Shown in pieces: positions 27,822-32,000 of a DNA stretch of 32,000 bases (positions are counted from its first letter, which is position 1; every line of letters begins with the position of its first letter). A program made the translations under genes and the position numbers. The DNA comes from Alkanindiges sp. WGS2144 (GTDB lineage Bacteria > Pseudomonadota > Gammaproteobacteria > Pseudomonadales > Moraxellaceae): the NCBI RefSeq assembly GCF_043950625.1, contig NZ_CP171007.1; one strand, given 5' to 3'. Under the pieces are notes generated by a model that worked only from the letters and a program-made list of their open reading frames with translations, made no database searches and was not told the DNA's origin.

Positions 27822-29737
27822 TGGGTGGGTTGCTCACTGGCTAAAGGCAAAATGACTATTAAACAGGTTTTACCCGCCTGGGACACAATATCGAGCTGTC
27901 CACCAATCCGCTTGACCCGAATTTGCATACTTCTTAGCCCAATACTCATGCCTGATTGTTGAATGGCCTCCACATCAAAACCGGTGCCGTTATCTTCAAC
28001 TTCAAGCACCAACTGATCAGGTTTTGGATAATATAAATTCACCCGTACATTGTTGGCTTGACTATGCTTAATGACATTGGTCAGAGCCTCTTCAGCCACT
28101 CGCAGCAGGGTTAAGCACTGTAGCGGTGCGGGTCTGGCTTGCCACTGGGCGGGAAAATTCCAGCTTGACTGAATATCCAGCTCATCAAATAGCTGAATAA
28201 AGCGGTGCCGTACTGGTGCACCCCATAACACTGGCGTATCAGGTACTTTTGCCCCCATACTTGAACCACTATCAATGACCTGGCGTAAATCATCACGTAG
28301 CAGTTTTAAAATGGATAAAAACTGCTGGTTGCTTAAATTAATATGACTTTGATCCACCATCAGCATTGCACGCACCAGCGAACCACCCAGTCCATCATGC
28401 AGGTCATGGGCAAGGTGAATCCTTTCTTGCAGTTTGGTGTTTTTAAGTGCCAATTGATGCTGGTTATTTAAAGACAAGCTCAGCTCTTGTCGGGCAGAGT
28501 CTATCTCATATTTGAGTGTCTGATTAAATTTCTGAATATGCAGTGCATTTTTGGCCAGCCGCCAAGCCAGAATAATAGCAATAGTTAACGTAGTAAGTGG
28601 CGCAGTATAGGGTGTTAGGGGGTTGCTGTCGGGCTTGGTAACAAGAAAATATATATCGTGTACAGCAATGAGCAGATAAAAGACAAATACCACAGCTAGC
28701 AGATAGGACTCTGGTTGTCTGGTGCGATAGGCAATCCATGGGAAAGTTAAAAAATTGATTAATAAAATGAGCGTCGCTACAGAAAAAGTAACAGTAAGAA
28801 AGTAGTGAATATATTCATCAGGGATAAATATGGCATTGATTACCGCCAGAAAAAGCAAACAAAATAATAATCGCTCAATGCGTGGAAAATATTGATGCGC
28901 AAATCGCCAGGCATATAAACAGGCACAAACCCCATAAGCAAAAAGCAATATCATATTTATACGGGCAATCTGCAAGGTGCTTAGCCCAAAAGGCGTGTGT
29001 ATCATCACCACATTATAAATAAACAGCACCCAGAGCAGTGAGGTTAAGGCAAACCAGCCAAAGGCTTTTTCTTCACGGTGAAATAACCAGACCAGAAATG
29101 CCAAAAGGCCAAGCGTAAGTGAAAAAGTAAGATTAAAAAAATGCAGTACGCGTTGCTCATACCAGAATTTTTCAAAGTGCTGCACGGCAAGTGGCAGGGG
29201 TGCAAGCATGGTTTTGCCCAAGCCTGGCTGCTGCCAAGCCACACCGACTACGCGCACCCATAAAATATTTTCACCATCTTTTAAAATTGATGCAGGCAGT
29301 TGCCATTGCCGTGGCATATTCCAGCTACGTGATAATGGCTCTACCAGTGACTGGTCTTGCCATAATAGCTCATCATTAATATAAACCTGCCCTGCCATAT
29401 TGATTGAATTAATGATCAGACTAACAGGGGTTTTTTGATGGCTCGGGCAGTGGTATTGCCAGATAATTTTGTACCATGCACTGCCAGTATAATCATGCCA
29501 GCGCGTTTCCCAGCGGTCAGGCAAGGTGGTTTTTTGCCAGCCTTGCTGTGGACGTTGTATGCCATTGGTCCCTACTGCCTTGGCAACCTCAACCGACTCA
29601 ACCTGTGCTGTACACCAAACGCTGCCAGATTCTGTATTGGCTGGATCCGCAATAGCAGCATAACTATTATTTATCGTACTTATAATACCTAGCCAGACAA
29701 ATAGCAGTGTAAACAGTAATGGCAAAAACCGACTCAT
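27818..29737 (-). CDS. Sensor histidine kinase, 7TMR-DISM type (extracellular DISMED2-like domain + 7 TM + HisKA_3 + HATPase_c)
   Basis: 639 aa. Signal/TM segment, about 160-aa periplasmic domain ([12 protein letters not shown]...GSAWYKIIW), about seven hydrophobic helices, H-box [15 protein letters not shown]-box [11 protein letters not shown] and G-boxes VEDNGTGF / IGLRSM. Confidence 0.85.
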   Translation of the reverse strand: MSRFLPLLFTLLFVWLGIISTINNSYAAIADPANTESGSVWCTAQVESVEVAKAVGTNGIQRPQQGWQKTTLPDRWETRWHDYTGSAWYKIIWQYHCPSHQKTPVSLIINSINMAGQVYINDELLWQDQSLVEPLSRSWNMPRQWQLPASILKDGENILWVRVVGVAWQQPGLGKTMLAPLPLAVQHFEKFWYEQRVLHFFNLTFSLTLGLLAFLVWLFHREEKAFGWFALTSLLWVLFIYNVVMIHTPFGLSTLQIARINMILLFAYGVCACLYAWRFAHQYFPRIERLLFCLLFLAVINAIFIPDEYIHYFLTVTFSVATLILLINFLTFPWIAYRTRQPESYLLAVVFVFYLLIAVHDIYFLVTKPDSNPLTPYTAPLTTLTIAIILAWRLAKNALHIQKFNQTLKYEIDSARQELSLSLNNQHQLALKNTKLQERIHLAHDLHDGLGGSLVRAMLMVDQSHINLSNQQFLSILKLLRDDLRQVIDSGSSMGAKVPDTPVLWGAPVRHRFIQLFDELDIQSSWNFPAQWQARPAPLQCLTLLRVAEEALTNVIKHSQANNVRVNLYYPKPDQLVLEVEDNGTGFDVEAIQQSGMSIGLRSMQIRVKRIGGQLDIVSQAGKTCLIVILPLASEQPTH

Positions 29738-30429
29738 AATAATCCTATGCTGCGGGCAGTATGAATGGCCTTGCTGCGGCTGTTTACCGACAGTTTGCGG
29801 TAAATATTTTTGATATGTCCTTCTACCGTATAGCGCGACAAACTAAAATGCTCGGCAATTTCACGATTACTTAAACCTTGTGCTACCAGTTGCAAAATTT
29901 CCAGTTCCTTGGGCGATAACGCCACGACTGGCTCTGTAACGGGTGCTTGAGAATCAGGCATATTAAATACCAGTTGCGATAAAATTTGCTGGGCAATAAA
30001 CGGGTCAATCGGTGCGCCGCCGCGCATAATACTTTTAATGGACAGGCTAATTTCGATATCGTCACGTTCTTTAAGCACATAACCAGTTGCCCCTGCCTGA
30101 ATAGCACTTAAAATAGTGTCTTGCGTGCTCCAGGCTGAAATGACCAGTATCAGGCTACTCGGGTCAGCCTTGCGCAACGCTTCAATAAATTCTAGCCCAT
30201 TGCCATCGGGCAAGCCGAAATCCACTAAAGCCAGTGCAATAGGCTGATTGGCCAGAAGATGCATGGCCTGTGCCAGTGTTTGCGCAAGGCACAGGCTGTC
30301 CATTGGGTAACCCAGTTGCTGTAATACAACAACAAGACGCTGCTGCATACTCGGGTCATCTTCTAATACCAGTACCGGACTTGGCAGAGTAAAGTTGGCA
30401 TCGGGCACGGATATATCCTTCAACACCAT
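29734..30429 (-). CDS. LuxR/NarL-family response regulator (REC + HTH_LuxR)
   Basis: 231 aa. REC domain (VLVLEDDP...LALVDFGLPDGNG...VISAWS...KERD) and C-terminal LSPKELEILQLVAQGLSNREIAEHFSLSRYTVEGHIKNIYRKL. Its stop overlaps the kinase start (ATGA). Confidence 0.9.
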   Translation of the reverse strand: MVLKDISVPDANFTLPSPVLVLEDDPSMQQRLVVVLQQLGYPMDSLCLAQTLAQAMHLLANQPIALALVDFGLPDGNGLEFIEALRKADPSSLILVISAWSTQDTILSAIQAGATGYVLKERDDIEISLSIKSIMRGGAPIDPFIAQQILSQLVFNMPDSQAPVTEPVVALSPKELEILQLVAQGLSNREIAEHFSLSRYTVEGHIKNIYRKLSVNSRSKAIHTARSIGLL

Positions 30430-30606
30430 AAGATTTGACCAGCTTAGAAAAAGCCATGCACTTTGCCTATCCCTGAAATTAAGGATAGAGACTTAAATAT
30501 GACAAAAAAAGGATGAAAAGCCAAAAAATGCCTATTTTTGGGGGTGTCCAGAGGGTTTACTTTGTCCTTTAATTAAAAAATAACCATTTTTATACAGGAA
30601 ATACTC

Positions 30607-32000
30607 ATGAATCACATCTTTAAAAAAATCTGGAACAAGAAACTGGGCTGTATGGTAGTGGTATCAGAAACTGCGCGTAGCACCACTAAAGCAGGCAGTG
30701 GTCAAGTCGGGGCAGCCGTCAATCCACGCACCATAAGAAGTACAGTTCAACTGACATCGTATGCGGTTACTAGCCTCACTTTGGCAGTGGGTATAGCGAT
30801 AGGTCAGTGCGTCTGGGCTGGAGGGGTAGATGGTGGAAGTGCAACGGGTCAGAATGCAATGGCTATAGGACCTTATAGCACGGCGAGTGGTCATTTTAGC
30901 ACGGCGAGTGGTTCTGATAGCAGGGCGAGTGGTGATTTAAGCACGGCGAGTGGCGCTTTTAGCAGGGCGAGTGGTTCTGATAGCACGGCGAATGGTTATA
31001 ATAGCAGGGCGAGTGGTGATTTAAGCACGGCGAGTGGTGCTAGTAGCACGGCGAGTGGTGCTAGTAGCACGGCGAGTGGTCATTATAGCACGGCGAGTGG
31101 TGTTTCTAGCACAGCGAGTGGTGCTAGTAGCAGGGCGAGTGGTGATTTAAGCACGGCGAGTGGTGCTAGTAGCACGGCGAGTAGTGAAGGTAGTACGGCG
31201 AGTGGTGCTAATAGCGGTGCTGTGGGCGATAACAGTATTGCACAGGGTGGTGGTAATCAAATTACCATTACTGGGCAAGGTGCCGTTAATGCAGCCTATA
31301 CCGCCTTGACGGGTATAGTATATCTTGATGGATTGGGTCGTAATTATAAAATAAATAGCAGCGGCAATGCGGTGTATGAATACACCAGCTATAGCTATAC
31401 CCGTAATGCCAACTCAGCTGCTCTGGCAGCAGGTGATAAAGCCATTGCTGTTGGGCAGGGTAGTTTTGCTTCTGCTAGTAGCAGTATGGCATTGGGTGTG
31501 GGCAGTGAGGCGACTGCAAACAATAGTGTTGCACTAGGGCAAGGTAGTATTGCCAATGCAGCCAACACTGTATCGGTTGGTAAAGTGGGTGCAGAAAGAC
31601 GCATTACCAACGTGGCAATCCCTACCAATGCCACTGATGCAGCCAATAAAGGCTATGTCGATACCCAGATTGCAGCCGTTCCCACAACAAAATATTATAG
31701 TGTCAACTCAACCCAGACAGTCACAGGCAGTAATGCCAATAACGATGGTGCAACCGGTGCAGATGCACTTGCTGTAGGGGTGAGAGTGAGCGCATCGGGT
31801 AGTGCTAGCAGTGCAGTGGGTTTTAACAACAATGCATTGGGTGATGCTAGCAGTGCGCTGGGTTTTAACAATAATGCATTGGGTAATAATAGTAGCGCAG
31901 TAGGCGTTCAGAACACTACATTCGGTGAGTCGAGTAGTGCGGTAGGTAGTCTGAATAGTACCTTTGGAGAAATGAGTAGCGCTGCGGGCGTGGGTGGCAC
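30607..32000 (+). CDS. Trimeric autotransporter adhesin (YadA/Ata-like), 5' partial, continues beyond the window
   Basis: Not in the ORF track because there is no stop before the window end. I translated it by hand. ATG at 30607 with AGGAA SD. Extended signal peptide region MNHIFKKIWNKKLGCMVVVSETARS, cleavage-like VWA|GG, heptad S-T/R-A-S-G-x-x repeats, neck-like VSVGKVGAERRITNV...TDAANKGYVD, KYYSVNS motif and further Hep_Hag-like SSAVG/NNALG repeats. Confidence 0.88.
   Translation, partial: MNHIFKKIWNKKLGCMVVVSETARSTTKAGSGQVGAAVNPRTIRSTVQLTSYAVTSLTLAVGIAIGQCVWAGGVDGGSATGQNAMAIGPYSTASGHFSTASGSDSRASGDLSTASGAFSRASGSDSTANGYNSRASGDLSTASGASSTASGASSTASGHYSTASGVSSTASGASSRASGDLSTASGASSTASSEGSTASGANSGAVGDNSIAQGGGNQITITGQGAVNAAYTALTGIVYLDGLGRNYKINSSGNAVYEYTSYSYTRNANSAALAAGDKAIAVGQGSFASASSSMALGVGSEATANNSVALGQGSIANAANTVSVGKVGAERRITNVAIPTNATDAANKGYVDTQIAAVPTTKYYSVNSTQTVTGSNANNDGATGADALAVGVRVSASGSASSAVGFNNNALGDASSALGFNNNALGNNSSAVGVQNTTFGESSSAVGSLNSTFGEMSSAAGVGG
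30877..31212 (+). repeat. Tandem array of 16 x 21 bp inside the adhesin gene (in frame, 7-aa units)
   Basis: Counted unit by unit. Each unit has a conserved 15-nt core AGCA[C/G]GGCGAGTGGT plus a variable 6-nt tail. Units 3, 7 and 13 are identical. Units 8, 9 and 14 are identical. Confidence 0.95.

Noticed and set aside
2553-29692. The remaining short nested or antisense ORFs in the track (for example 2553-2747, 2893-3123, 5067-5285, 7364-7642, 8098-8310, 14213-14500, 18337-19374, 26792-27499 and 28111-29692)
   Set aside because: Each lies fully inside a longer ORF that has strong family motifs. None has its own recognisable domain or ribosome-binding context.
30877-31212. Regular short repeats that could superficially suggest a CRISPR array
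   Set aside because: The period is only 21 bp, with a 15-nt core and 6-nt variable part, so there are no spacers of plausible length. The array is in frame within an adhesin ORF and encodes a known heptad repeat. No cas genes are present.
30664-31646. Minus-strand ORFs 30664-30894 (76 aa) and 31395-31646 (83 aa)
   Set aside because: They lie antisense to the adhesin gene and arise from its Ala/Ser/Gly-rich repetitive codons. The + strand frame has a clear ESPR signal, adhesin motifs and an SD.

Overview
The window looks like a chromosomal cell-envelope region of an Acinetobacter-like (Moraxellaceae-type) gammaproteobacterium. The taxon call is an inference from gene content and synteny, not a search result. 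Order of content: (1) a tightly coupled six-gene lipooligosaccharide outer-core-type operon at 41-5704, with two ELM1/DUF1022 paralogues, a NodB deacetylase, two GT4 and one GT25; (2) a visibly more AT-rich mixed-orientation block at 5705-10884 with GT4, galE, GT4 and GT2; (3) a nucleotide-sugar precursor module of galU, a ugd-like gene, pgi and convergent pgm; (4) an LpxL-family lipid A acyltransferase, a small lipoprotein, a gene remnant and aspS; (5) a ZnuD-like TonB-dependent receptor with a His/Cys-rich loop and a Zur-box-like operator; (6) a two-HKD phospholipase D, a rhomboid protease, mtgA and ppk; (7) a 7TMR-DISM sensor kinase plus LuxR-type response regulator, divergent from the 5' part of a trimeric autotransporter adhesin that runs off the window end. 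I found no rRNA, tRNA, CRISPR, transposase, integrase or recognisable defence system. The observations most worth a second look are the ugd-like ORF whose cofactor and catalytic motifs are substituted, the 16 x 21-bp in-frame repeat array in the adhesin, and the kinase/regulator pair next to the adhesin. I cannot demonstrate a new system from sequence alone.
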